DNA from: Cyanophora paradoxa CCMP329
Taxonomy: Eukaryota; Plantae; Glaucophyta
Length of the DNA stretch: 64,000 nt
Assembly (NCBI GenBank): GCA_004431415.1
Contig: QPMI01000423.1
Span: forward strand, 186,001 to 250,000
Direction of reading: 5' to 3'
How positions within the stretch are numbered: position 1 is the first letter of the stretch; the number at the start of each line of letters is the position of its first letter. Below are positions 1 through 9,283 of the stretch, piece after piece. Below the pieces are notes generated by a model that made no database searches, was not told the DNA's origin, and was given only the letters and a program-made list of their open reading frames with translations. The translations under genes and the position numbers were made by a program.

Positions 1-204
1 GTAAGCAATTGTCACAGCGGATGCTGTGATACAACCGTAGAACTTGGTTTTTCAGATACCGAAGATAATGTAACGGAAGGTAGAGAGTCCCGGAGACATT
101 CGGTAGATTCCACACATTCAGAACCCGCTACAAATGGTCGCCGTTTTTCGGTAGATCAAAGCGATGATTTACGAAGGCAAGCGTTTGATCATCGCGGTAA
201 TTAA
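1..204 (+). CDS. 3' end of a viral ORF truncated by the window edge (VSNCHSGCCD...FDHRGN*)
   Basis: Frame 1 is open from base 1 to TAA at 202-204; Cys cluster followed by a polar tail. Confidence 0.5.
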   Translation, partial: VSNCHSGCCDTTVELGFSDTEDNVTEGRESRRHSVDSTHSEPATNGRRFSVDQSDDLRRQAFDHRGN

Positions 205-406
205 AATATTTGTAATAAGTATCGGAAAATGCTCGAAGAAGTCTATAATATTATTTTAGCAAAACGTCAGATTTACGCCGTTGCATCTGCGATAGAAAAA
301 CGTAGACAAGAGCTTGTCCGGTCGCCAAAAAATGACAACCCTAAAAGTATTTAAAGAAACAGCGATATTACAAACTGATAAAATATTTTCTGTGCTGAAA
401 GTAAGA

Positions 407-682
407 ATGGCTGCTATCGCCGATGATGTTAGCGTAATTGAATTCGAATTCGAAAGTGACAGCGATGAAATTGTTAACTCACCACCAAAGGTTAAACTTA
501 ATCCTAAGAGTGCCGATGGGTTAAATTATCGAATCCGTGAAGTGCTGAGACTGCGAAAGAAGTATGAGGAAGATCCCGAATACCGTGAATTCAAAAAAAA
601 GCAATCTTTGGAGAACTATTACCGTCGCAAAGAATTGGAAGGTATCCATAGTGCAAAGCGTGGACGTCCCCGCAAATACTGA
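407..682 (+). CDS. Small protein with acidic N-terminus, basic helix and C-terminal AT-hook (KRGRPRKY); putative DNA-binding protein
   Basis: In frame with ORF-track 314..682; ATG at 407 has the AAAGTAAGAATG context seen at other viral starts; RGRP AT-hook core. Confidence 0.7.
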   Translation: MAAIADDVSVIEFEFESDSDEIVNSPPKVKLNPKSADGLNYRIREVLRLRKKYEEDPEYREFKKKQSLENYYRRKELEGIHSAKRGRPRKY

Positions 683-871
683 AATGCCGCTATCGCCGCT
701 GAAACATCATTACTTATTTTTCGAGCGGCTTACCGATGATAATCGGTAATCGCGTTACAGAATCCGGTTTTTTAGCATCGAGAAAAAAAGTGTAGGGCAT
801 TTAAAGGTTAGGCGCCAAAAAATGATTAACAAGAAAAATTTTTATCTTTCTTAAAAGTAGAACGTGCCAAA

Positions 872-3259
872 ATGTTTAACTCAAAGGAACCTAACAACCT
901 CCCGATTACTCTCATTGAGAAAGTCTCACGTCCCGCTGTTAAGTATCTCATCGATAATTTCGACAATTTGAAGTATCGCCCTAATGTCGATTCTGTCGCT
1001 ACCCTTACTATGCTCAAAAAGTATATGAATAGTATTCGCCCTAATGGAACTCTCGAAGCGAAATACCACCAATGCAAGCATAACACTGGACGCTATTTTA
1101 CAAACCTTTCGCACATCAAGAACAAAAAGCCGAGCCTACAAGGAATGGCGCGCGAATTCCGCCATACTCTCGCTCGTGATAACTATTACGACATTGATAT
1201 GAAAAATGCCCATCCTTCTCTGCTTGTTCAGTATTGCAAAATGAATAGCATTGAGTGCGATTTTCTGGCTGAGTATGTAAACGGACGTGACAAAATCATA
1301 GCTAACCTTCTCAAAAAATACCCTGATATCAACCGTGGAGACATTAAAGATGCTTTCCTTTCTGTGATCAATGGGGGCGGTGGTATTGACTGTCCGGAAA
1401 TCCAAAAAGAAATGGCGTTTAAGAAAATCAAACAGGAAATCGGAGGTATTCACTCTTCTATTGCAAGCCTCGATGAAAATAGCAAGTTTTACAGCATCTG
1501 CAAGCGTAAGAAACAATTCAATGTGTTGGGATCTACCGTTAATATGCTTCTTTGCGATCTCGAAAACAAATGCCTTATGGCTCTGTGTGAGTTCTTGGAA
1601 TCTGTCAAGGTGAAAGTAGGGGTGCTGGTCTTTGATGGATGTATGGTGGAAAAGACACCTGACCTGACCATAGAGAAGCTTAATGAAATTCTTGTAGATG
1701 CTGATAAGTATATTCTCAGTTCTACGGGATACAAAATAGGCTTACTTGTGAAACCTATGGACGAAGGCTTTGGGCTTCCCGATCTCGCAACTTTGGAAGC
1801 CAACGATTTCAAAATTTGCGTTACTGATGCTCACGCTGCGACCATATTCATTGAAGAAATCATTAAGAATGATGTCGTTAATTCAGATGGTCGCTTATTT
1901 GTGAAGACTGACGAGCATCTATGGACGGATGAAAAAGCAAGGGTCGACAACATGCTTTTGAATAGATGCCTCCGATCGAATATTTACCGATCTGATGATA
2001 AGGGAATACATGCCTATACAGCCAATCACTCGGGCGCGAAGAATGTCGTGGCGTGCGCTAAGGCAATGTTTCCTAATCAAATTGGCTTTTACCTGAATAC
2101 CCTATGGGGTTCTACTCTCGGGAAAATATGCTACAAAAATGGCGTGTATGATTTCGGAACGAAGAAGCTAACACCATGGGAAAAAGTAGAAGGTGTTTAT
2201 TCAACGGTGCGAATTGAGCGCGACCTAATCGTAGATGAAAACGGCTATGTGGTTAAACCGGCTGATGAGCATATTAAGACCCTGTATGATCGGCTTCTAC
2301 ACCCAATCTTTGGAGAAGAAAACACACCTGTGGCTCTTGCTTTTACGGCAAGATCAATGGCGGGAATGATTGAAGACAAGCAATGGGCTGTATCAATGGG
2401 TGAAAGAAATTGTGGAAAGGGAGTTTACGTAAATCTGAATGAGAACACATGGGGTGATTATGTTAATACTATTAGCGGTGAATCATTCCTAATGGAAAAA
2501 ACAATTAATAACGACGAAGCTAAGAATTTGAAATGGATGAAATCATGTGAGTTTCGACGAATCACATTCACACAAGAAATGAAATTCGATGTGACAAATC
2601 CAAACATCAAGATCAACGGCGCAATGGTGAAAAAGACAGCATCCGGAGGTGATAAGCAAAATATGCGGGTTCTCTGGGCAAATGAGCAAAACATATTTTT
2701 ACAAAGTCGGCTATGGATGATCCTTAATGATATGCCCCCTGTTACACCGGCTGATACTATGGAAAATCTACTTTATTTCAAGCATCCGCACAAGTTCGTA
2801 GACCAAAAAACAATCGATGAGTTAAAGCTTCCTTTCCTCAAATTGAAATCTAACGATATCAAAACTGTGTTATTGAAAGACCCTAATATTATTCGGGCGT
2901 TTGAATGGGAAGTTTTCAATGCGTTCCAAAGCCAACCCGTCCAATTGGAAGGCAAGATAGCCGAAGATACGGAAGCTTTCCGTGAAGAAGGCGGTGATGA
3001 GCTGTTATTAATTAAAAAGAGCTTTGAATTCACAAAGAATAACAGCGACTCCCTAACATCGAAGGCTGTCGATGAAGAGTTTAAAAAACTAAAAATCAAT
3101 ATGTCCACAAGTCGAATTAAGGCACTCATGGAAAAGATGGGTGCAAAGTATGATAAGAACGCTGTAAAGGTGAGAAATTCATATTCGCGTGGTTTCAAAG
3201 GGGTGAAGCTTGTCGCTCAACAAACAAACCAATTCGAAGATGATGACATAGAAGCATAA
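872..3259 (+). CDS. TVpol (family A-like primase-polymerase) fused to D5-like superfamily 3 helicase
   Basis: GRYFT...SLQGMAREFR, motif A-like YYDIDMKNAHP, motif C-like LVFDGCMV; D5_N-like KNGVYDF; Walker A GERNCGKG. Architecture resembles Sputnik V13 and PLV primase-helicases. Confidence 0.85.
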   Translation: MFNSKEPNNLPITLIEKVSRPAVKYLIDNFDNLKYRPNVDSVATLTMLKKYMNSIRPNGTLEAKYHQCKHNTGRYFTNLSHIKNKKPSLQGMAREFRHTLARDNYYDIDMKNAHPSLLVQYCKMNSIECDFLAEYVNGRDKIIANLLKKYPDINRGDIKDAFLSVINGGGGIDCPEIQKEMAFKKIKQEIGGIHSSIASLDENSKFYSICKRKKQFNVLGSTVNMLLCDLENKCLMALCEFLESVKVKVGVLVFDGCMVEKTPDLTIEKLNEILVDADKYILSSTGYKIGLLVKPMDEGFGLPDLATLEANDFKICVTDAHAATIFIEEIIKNDVVNSDGRLFVKTDEHLWTDEKARVDNMLLNRCLRSNIYRSDDKGIHAYTANHSGAKNVVACAKAMFPNQIGFYLNTLWGSTLGKICYKNGVYDFGTKKLTPWEKVEGVYSTVRIERDLIVDENGYVVKPADEHIKTLYDRLLHPIFGEENTPVALAFTARSMAGMIEDKQWAVSMGERNCGKGVYVNLNENTWGDYVNTISGESFLMEKTINNDEAKNLKWMKSCEFRRITFTQEMKFDVTNPNIKINGAMVKKTASGGDKQNMRVLWANEQNIFLQSRLWMILNDMPPVTPADTMENLLYFKHPHKFVDQKTIDELKLPFLKLKSNDIKTVLLKDPNIIRAFEWEVFNAFQSQPVQLEGKIAEDTEAFREEGGDELLLIKKSFEFTKNNSDSLTSKAVDEEFKKLKINMSTSRIKALMEKMGAKYDKNAVKVRNSYSRGFKGVKLVAQQTNQFEDDDIEA

Positions 3260-3332
3260 TATAATGAATGATCGGAATTATTTTTACAAAGTAGCAAGTG
3301 TTTTTATTCATTTGTTACTGATTCAGTAAGAG

Positions 3333-3531
3333 TAGGCACTTTATAGGCACTTATTTATTACTATTATAGTAAGGTTAGGCACCCGTTAGGCACCTTAGGC
3401 ACCTTAGGCACCTAATTTTAATTTTCACCCACGCGAAAAAAAGTTGTGTCAAGCACAACACAACTTTTAAAATTTTAGAAAAAAGTTAAAAAAGGTGCCT
3501 AAGGTGCCTAAGGTGCCTAAAAAGTGCCTAA
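3333..3531. promoter_or_regulatory. Putative iteron-type replication origin: inverted arrays of a 9-bp repeat around an AT-rich hairpin
   Basis: TTAGGCACC at 3375, 3386, 3395, 3404 (TAGGCACT at 3333, 3344); reverse complement GGTGCCTAA at 3494, 3503, 3512 (AGTGCCTAA at 3523); 11-bp stem AAAAGTTGTGT (3439-3449) / ACACAACTTTT (3458-3468). Confidence 0.65.
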
Positions 3532-3573
3532 CGCGTTTCATTTCCGAAAAAATAATGTTCCTATAAAGCAAAG

Positions 3574-6500
3574 ATGCCCCGCCAAACTAATAGACTTATC
3601 AAAGAAAAGAAAAATGAGATTCTCGGACTGTTAGGAACCCTTTTAGCCACCGGTGAAATCACAGAAGCCGAATATGATAGAGAAGCCGCCATTTTAGATC
3701 GGAAGCCGCGACTACAACAACTTACCGATATCGCCAATGACCTTTATGATCGCATGCAAAGAATGGAAGACTTTATGGACGAAGGACAACGCTTAGGAGC
3801 GATAGAACCCGAAGTAGAAGACGGTGAGGCAATGAATCAGGCTTACTCGTGGCATTCTTACCGCGCAAGAAATCAAATAGTTGTCGATACTATCGATTAT
3901 TTGGAACGCATCGCTACTAACCTTCCACAGCGAATTAGAACGAAGTTAGAACAATTAAGAGCCGTTAAAGTCCGTCTTACATTCGTTTGTCGGTTCCTTA
4001 AAGTAAGTAATGAACGCATTTTTATTACTAAATACATTTACAGTGACTACTTTGTTATCACACGATCCCGTAATATAAATACGGAATTGCGTAAAGCTCT
4101 ACAAGAAATGCAAGAGCAAATGAAACAAGTAGATAGTTATCGTTTGGATCGCTTAGAGATCCTTAGGGTTGTTATCATGTCTTACGCACCGGTGGGTGGT
4201 TGCTATTTCGCTACTCCCGATTGGATCGCAAGAAAGAAAGCAACCGTTAACGTTAAGAATATCGACGGACAAGATTGTTTTAAATATGCTATTTTGGCTC
4301 GTCTACACCGAAAGGACATTAACCGCCATAAAAGCTATGATCCTATCCAATATCGCCGATGGCTTAATGAACTGAACTTTAATAATATCGAATTCCCGGT
4401 AGCATGCGATGCTGATGTTATCGATCGATTCGAAGAACAGAACCCGGACTTATCGGTTAATATCTACGGTGCCGATAACGAAAAGGAGTCATTCTATCCG
4501 TTACATATGTCGAGCAATCCACGTAGAAAGAATAAAATTAACCTTTTACTCATTGAAAATACGGAGGAGAATAGAGGACATTATGTAGCTATTGTGTCTC
4601 TAAGTCGCCTCCTTAAAACCACTTTCGATAAAGCATGTGATGGACGCATTTATTACTGTGAAACCTGTCTATCACGTTTCCGATCTCAGGCGAAATTAGA
4701 CCTACACATAGAAGCTAATCGGTGCATCGATTGGAGGGAAAGTAAAGGAAAATGTCCGAAACCCGATACTTACATGGAATTCGGATTAAAACACCTAAGA
4801 AAGACTGTATGGCTTCCTGTGATCTGTTACGTGAAAATCGAAGATCATTCGGTATCTGTGAGTGCAAACAAAACCAAACGGGAAATTAAAGCTGTGTCAC
4901 TGAGAGTGGTAATAGGAGAAGAAGTAGTAGCTTTTCATTTTGAGGGAGCCGATCCTTTGGGTTCGCTGTTCGCAAAACTCATAGAAATAAGACCTCATGT
5001 AGTGCAAACCCTATTTAGAAATATTCCCATGCATCCCCTCACGGAAGATCAGAAGGCGGAATATAGAACCACAAAGCATTGTTACATTTGCTTGCAACGA
5101 TTCACAGCCGAAAACTTTTCGGTTCGCGATCACTGTCACCAAACGGGTGATTATATCGGGAAAGCATGCCGAAACTGTAACCTCCATAGGCGAATCTCAA
5201 AACAAACAAAGGTAGCTATCGTGGTAGATCAAATGGACGAATGCGGACATGGGATATTCCGAAAGATTGCCCAACAAGACGATACACAACGTGTGGAAAT
5301 TTTAAGCAAAAATTTCGATCAATACCTATCGCTACAATGGGGCATGTGGAAATTCATCGATGCATCGCATTTTATGGATTTCCAAAGTGCAAATGTCGAT
5401 GATCTTATGTTTAAATTCGAAGAATTCCGTAAATTGGCGTTCTCTCAATATGGATTAGATCCATGTCATTACGTTAGCGCTCCCGGTCTATCATGGGACG
5501 CTATGTTAAAACATACAAAGGCAAAGATTGCACTTATCGATGATGTCGACAAATACGAATTTATTGAAAGAGCAATAAGGGGTGGATTCGCCACGATGCC
5601 CACACGATATGCAAAGGTCGAAAATCCCGATGATCATATAGTTTTATTGGACGCAAATAATCTTTATGGTTATGCACTCAGCCAACCTTTACCTATTGGT
5701 GATTATCGATGGGAAGAAACCACAGAGGCACTTAAAGAAGTAGAAGGACGAAACGCATTTATTGAGGTCGATTTAGAATATCCTATTTCCCTCGAAGATC
5801 ATTATGATTTTCCACTTATTGTGAATAAAGAAGTGATCACGACAGATATGTTAGGTGAATACCAACAAAACCTATTATATATGACAGGTGAAAAGTTAAC
5901 CAAAGATCCACGACTTACAGCAACATTTACACCAAAGACTAACTATGTCATATCACAACCTCTACTTATCTATCTCGTTAAAAAGGGTGTAGTCATAAAG
6001 GCGATTCATAAGGTGATCTCATTCGCTACTTCCTCTTTCATGAAATCTTACATAGCTCTAAATACAAGACTACGACACGAATCAGGGAATAGATTCGAAA
6101 GCGACTTTTTTAAACTCATGAATAATGCGATATATGGAAAGTGCTTAGAATCTTGTCGGGGTCGCTCTTCTGTAAAGATCGCCAATAGTGAGAAACTATG
6201 TAAGAAATATGCCGCAAGTCCACTTATTAAAGCAACCAATGTATTAAACGAAAATGCCGTAGCGTTTGAAATGTATTCGAAACACGTAAACTTAGATAAA
6301 CCCGTAGCTATTGGTGCTTTCGTTTTGGATTTCGCGAAGTTACATAATTATCAATTCTTTTATGAGGTGGTAAAAAAGAAATGGGAAACGGCTAAGTTAC
6401 TATTCCACGATACCGATTCGTTCTGCCTACTACTGAAAACCGATAATCTAAATGCGGACATGAAAGCCATCGGTGAACACCTCGATAGGAGTAATTATAA

Positions 6501-6855
6501 CCGCGATCATCCATTATATAGTTTGTCGAATCGATTGACTCCGGGGAAGTATAAAAACGAATTCCCAAATGCAAAGATCTTAGAATATGTGGGTTTGAGA
6601 TCGAAACTTTATGCTTTCAGAACTGAAACCTATGAAAAAATAAAAATGTCCGGCACAGCATCGAAAGAAGTCCATTTCGACGATTTTAAAAAGTGTCTAT
6701 TCGAAGGCATCACCAAAACAGTAACAGTAAGAAACAAGCGACGACAAGACCACAGCCTATATGATTTGGAGAGTAGAAGGGTGGCGTTAAACCAAATCGA
6801 TAGCAAAAGGAAGATATCAAACGACGGCATTCACAGTGTCCCATTTGGTCTCTAA
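3574..6855 (+). CDS. Polinton-type protein-primed family B DNA polymerase (vOTU-like protease region, C2H2 finger, EndoVII-like insert, degenerate 3'-5' exonuclease)
   Basis: DCFKYAIL...GHYVAI; CETC..F......LH; CYIC...RDHCHQTG...CRNCN; LDPCHYVSAPGLSWDAMLK; IRGG; DANNLY; KLMNNAIYGK; HDTDS; GLRSKLY. Confidence 0.95.
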   Translation: MPRQTNRLIKEKKNEILGLLGTLLATGEITEAEYDREAAILDRKPRLQQLTDIANDLYDRMQRMEDFMDEGQRLGAIEPEVEDGEAMNQAYSWHSYRARNQIVVDTIDYLERIATNLPQRIRTKLEQLRAVKVRLTFVCRFLKVSNERIFITKYIYSDYFVITRSRNINTELRKALQEMQEQMKQVDSYRLDRLEILRVVIMSYAPVGGCYFATPDWIARKKATVNVKNIDGQDCFKYAILARLHRKDINRHKSYDPIQYRRWLNELNFNNIEFPVACDADVIDRFEEQNPDLSVNIYGADNEKESFYPLHMSSNPRRKNKINLLLIENTEENRGHYVAIVSLSRLLKTTFDKACDGRIYYCETCLSRFRSQAKLDLHIEANRCIDWRESKGKCPKPDTYMEFGLKHLRKTVWLPVICYVKIEDHSVSVSANKTKREIKAVSLRVVIGEEVVAFHFEGADPLGSLFAKLIEIRPHVVQTLFRNIPMHPLTEDQKAEYRTTKHCYICLQRFTAENFSVRDHCHQTGDYIGKACRNCNLHRRISKQTKVAIVVDQMDECGHGIFRKIAQQDDTQRVEILSKNFDQYLSLQWGMWKFIDASHFMDFQSANVDDLMFKFEEFRKLAFSQYGLDPCHYVSAPGLSWDAMLKHTKAKIALIDDVDKYEFIERAIRGGFATMPTRYAKVENPDDHIVLLDANNLYGYALSQPLPIGDYRWEETTEALKEVEGRNAFIEVDLEYPISLEDHYDFPLIVNKEVITTDMLGEYQQNLLYMTGEKLTKDPRLTATFTPKTNYVISQPLLIYLVKKGVVIKAIHKVISFATSSFMKSYIALNTRLRHESGNRFESDFFKLMNNAIYGKCLESCRGRSSVKIANSEKLCKKYAASPLIKATNVLNENAVAFEMYSKHVNLDKPVAIGAFVLDFAKLHNYQFFYEVVKKKWETAKLLFHDTDSFCLLLKTDNLNADMKAIGEHLDRSNYNRDHPLYSLSNRLTPGKYKNEFPNAKILEYVGLRSKLYAFRTETYEKIKMSGTASKEVHFDDFKKCLFEGITKTVTVRNKRRQDHSLYDLESRRVALNQIDSKRKISNDGIHSVPFGL

Positions 6856-7013
6856 TACACTGTATCTATACTTCTCTTTTTATTTTTTCGGTCTCCTAAA
6901 AGTAATATACCTCGGAGGATGTGTAATAACCATATACATTTTTGAAATTGATCTTTTGGGTCAATTTCATAGAAATTAGGTATGGGGTTCTCTTTCCATA
7001 CTGGGTCGTCCAT
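6852..7013 (-). CDS. Small hypothetical protein (53 aa, MDDPVW...)
   Basis: Stop overlaps the pPolB stop; ATG is 26 bp from the divergent ATG at 7040, matching the packing of this element. Confidence 0.4.
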   Translation of the reverse strand: MDDPVWKENPIPNFYEIDPKDQFQKCIWLLHILRGILLLGDRKNKKRSIDTVY

Positions 7014-7039
7014 TATAAATATATCAGAGATTAAGTAGG

Positions 7040-7189
7040 ATGCGCACCATCTTAGCGAAAGTATTCCCATATGAGCTTGTCGATATCATAATGATCCATT
7101 ACCATAAGACGTGTCCTAATTGCTTTGATACTCGTATAATCACCAAAGGTAAATGTGGAAAAATTCTTATTTGTTTGTCTAAACTTTAA
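7040..7189 (+). CDS. Small Cys-containing protein (49 aa, MRTILAKVFPYELVDIIM...CPNC...), not in the ORF track
   Basis: TAAGTAGGATG start context; stop overlaps the stop of the convergent 7186..7458 gene. Confidence 0.45.
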   Translation: MRTILAKVFPYELVDIIMIHYHKTCPNCFDTRIITKGKCGKILICLSKL

Positions 7190-7458
7190 TCAAAATACAA
7201 CATAATCGGTTTCTCCTCTATGACTATTCCCCATGTTGTCCTTTTTCTGTATGCGTGAGAGTGTTTCTTAGAACACTGTCGGCAACCTGACCCCTTAATA
7301 TGGTTAAATCCGTAGGTCTGAAAGACTTTATTACATTGTAAACATCTAACAGTTACCTTTTCTTGCGCTTTCTTATAAACAGTGTCGGTATAATCAAATT
7401 TATCCTTACCATGGACTGACATAGCGGTATCTATAAACTTTCTTGTTTTTTCATCCAT
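7186..7458 (-). CDS. Zinc-ribbon protein (DUF723-like repeat of viral homing-endonuclease-associated proteins), no nuclease domain
   Basis: FI..A..VHGKDKFDY....Y.....KV.VRC..C...F.....NH.KGSGC..C pattern. Confidence 0.7.
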   Translation of the reverse strand: MDEKTRKFIDTAMSVHGKDKFDYTDTVYKKAQEKVTVRCLQCNKVFQTYGFNHIKGSGCRQCSKKHSHAYRKRTTWGIVIEEKPIMLYFD

Positions 7459-7478
7459 TCCCTATATATACCTTAGAT

Positions 7479-8324
7479 TTATGGTTGTGGATCGCTACCG
7501 CCGACGGGATTGTATAGATTGGTGTTAAGATATTGACCGAATCGGTTAGCTGTTGCGATTGCGTCGTTTCTTTCGGCATACATAATAACTCTATAATTTC
7601 CAAGTTGTGTAGCTCTTATTATAAATTGGTTATCTTGTGTATCTAAAAGAGGTATTGAGTGAAACGCCTGACCAAAATTATCTATGGGGATAATATGTAT
7701 CGTAAGGCGTGGTCTTGCTCCATCGGTTCTTCTACATAATGCGTAAATGTCCTCTGGTATCGTGTCTCTATATCTATAATGATTTCCCAACGGTTCTAAA
7801 ACATCAGCTACCGCTGTTTGTAAACTAATAACGATTGTATAAATCTTAATAAGGTAAGGCTCATTCATACCTGGGCAATATGTCCTAATTCGTGTGTTCT
7901 CATCATCAGGATTTGGTTGATCATTCACCAATAGAGGCGCTCCAATGATACCACCGACTCGTAGACCATCACCAATGTAAGCGCCACCCGATCTACATTT
8001 AATCGCTCCGTTTCTCGATTCATAAGCAAAGTTAGTAACCTTGTTATCGTCATTGTAACTATCGGGATCTCCATAAAAAGCGTTAAAGTTTGCATTTGTA
8101 ACAAGAAGTTTCGTAGTTTTCACAATGCCGTTATTTTTGTCACATCTTAACTCTTTCAGTCGCAATTTATGCGTATCACCAAAAGTATTAAGAGTAGGTG
8201 CAAGTTCGGTAGATTCGAGACCATCGACATTATCGATAACAGCATGTTGTAATACGTGATTAGCCGGCGCGGCTAATGAAAGTTGCGCTGTTAAGATACG
8301 CTCAGGTGGAGCGGGTGCCGCCAT
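7479..8324 (-). CDS. Hypothetical fibre/minor virion-like protein, paralog of 8344..9247
   Basis: Shares KELRxDKNxGxVKTTxLLVTNANFNA, RSGGAxIGxGxRVxG and RIRxYxP with its neighbour; C-terminal part loosely resembles phage fibre C-terminal domains. Confidence 0.7.
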   Translation of the reverse strand: MAAPAPPERILTAQLSLAAPANHVLQHAVIDNVDGLESTELAPTLNTFGDTHKLRLKELRCDKNNGIVKTTKLLVTNANFNAFYGDPDSYNDDNKVTNFAYESRNGAIKCRSGGAYIGDGLRVGGIIGAPLLVNDQPNPDDENTRIRTYCPGMNEPYLIKIYTIVISLQTAVADVLEPLGNHYRYRDTIPEDIYALCRRTDGARPRLTIHIIPIDNFGQAFHSIPLLDTQDNQFIIRATQLGNYRVIMYAERNDAIATANRFGQYLNTNLYNPVGGSDPQP

Positions 8325-8343
8325 TTAATATATTAAAACATAA

Positions 8344-9247
8344 TTATGGTGTGGGATCACCTGGGAACGGATCATCGTAGAAGTTATTTAGGTTGTTATC
8401 GGGATTGAGACCACGTGTAGCCGCCACAGCGGCTGGATCTGTTCGCATATCGTATCGGGATTATCGGTTATCGGGATTGAGACCACGTGTAGCCGCCACA
8501 GCGGCTGGATCCGAAAATGAGAATATCGTAACCTCCTACTTCTGTCGTCCAAACATTGAACGTTGCGGGGTTCTGGTTGTCAAATTCTACCCAACCTCTA
8601 CCGCGTCCGATTCCCTGAACAAAGAAAGTATAAGCCGGACCAATAATACCATTTTGGGAACGACATATAGACTCAATAGATTTAGGAATAGCAATATTTG
8701 GTAATAACCAATTTCCCATAATTCCATCGGGTTGTGTTGCATTTACGTTATCTACCCCAACTCTAACCATTCCAAACACATACGGATAGTCTCCACACGG
8801 AGTATACATACGAATACGTTGCGGATTCTCCGCATGCTCAGGTAGAGTATCGGGAATATCGGTAACAGCAACGGAGGATGCAAGCATACCCGACACACGA
8901 CAACCGCCGCCAATAACAGCGCCTCCCGATCGGACAACAGCGGCGGCACGTTCTCCGTCAAAATCTAACGTTCTAATATCCACACCCCATGCGTCAGGTT
9001 GCCCGATTCCCGCGTTAAAATTCGCATTTGTTACAAGAAGTTGAGTCGTTTTAACCACTCCCGAATTCTTGTCGGCGCGTAGTTCTTTCACACGTATCAT
9101 ACTGTTTTTATCGAATGCATTCGCGGAATTAGCCCGTTCCGTCGATTCCACACCACGGATTTCGTCGGCTACCTCGTGTTGTCGAAAGTGGACGGCGGGC
9201 GATCCCAAAGCGTAAACAGGTAATTGCACACGATTGTATTCGCCCAT
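8344..9247 (-). pseudogene. Paralogous fibre-like gene frameshifted near its 3' end by a 61-bp insertion (8450-8510); current ORF 8468..9247
   Basis: Removing 8450-8510 gives ...ILIFGMRTDPAAVAATRGLNPDNNLNNFYDDPFPGDPTP*, matching the paralog ending ...IMYAERNDAIATANR...GSDPQP*. Confidence 0.75.
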
Positions 9248-9283
9248 TGCTTCTTTTACTAAGAAGGAAAGAAAAATAAACCA

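Noticed and set aside
314-406. Upstream extension of the AT-hook ORF
   Set aside because: Begins at a non-ATG codon and spans the putative promoter motif; ATG 407 preferred.
8450-8510. The 61-bp insert as an intron
   Set aside because: No GT/GC-AG ends on the coding strand, and it is a copy of adjacent sequence.
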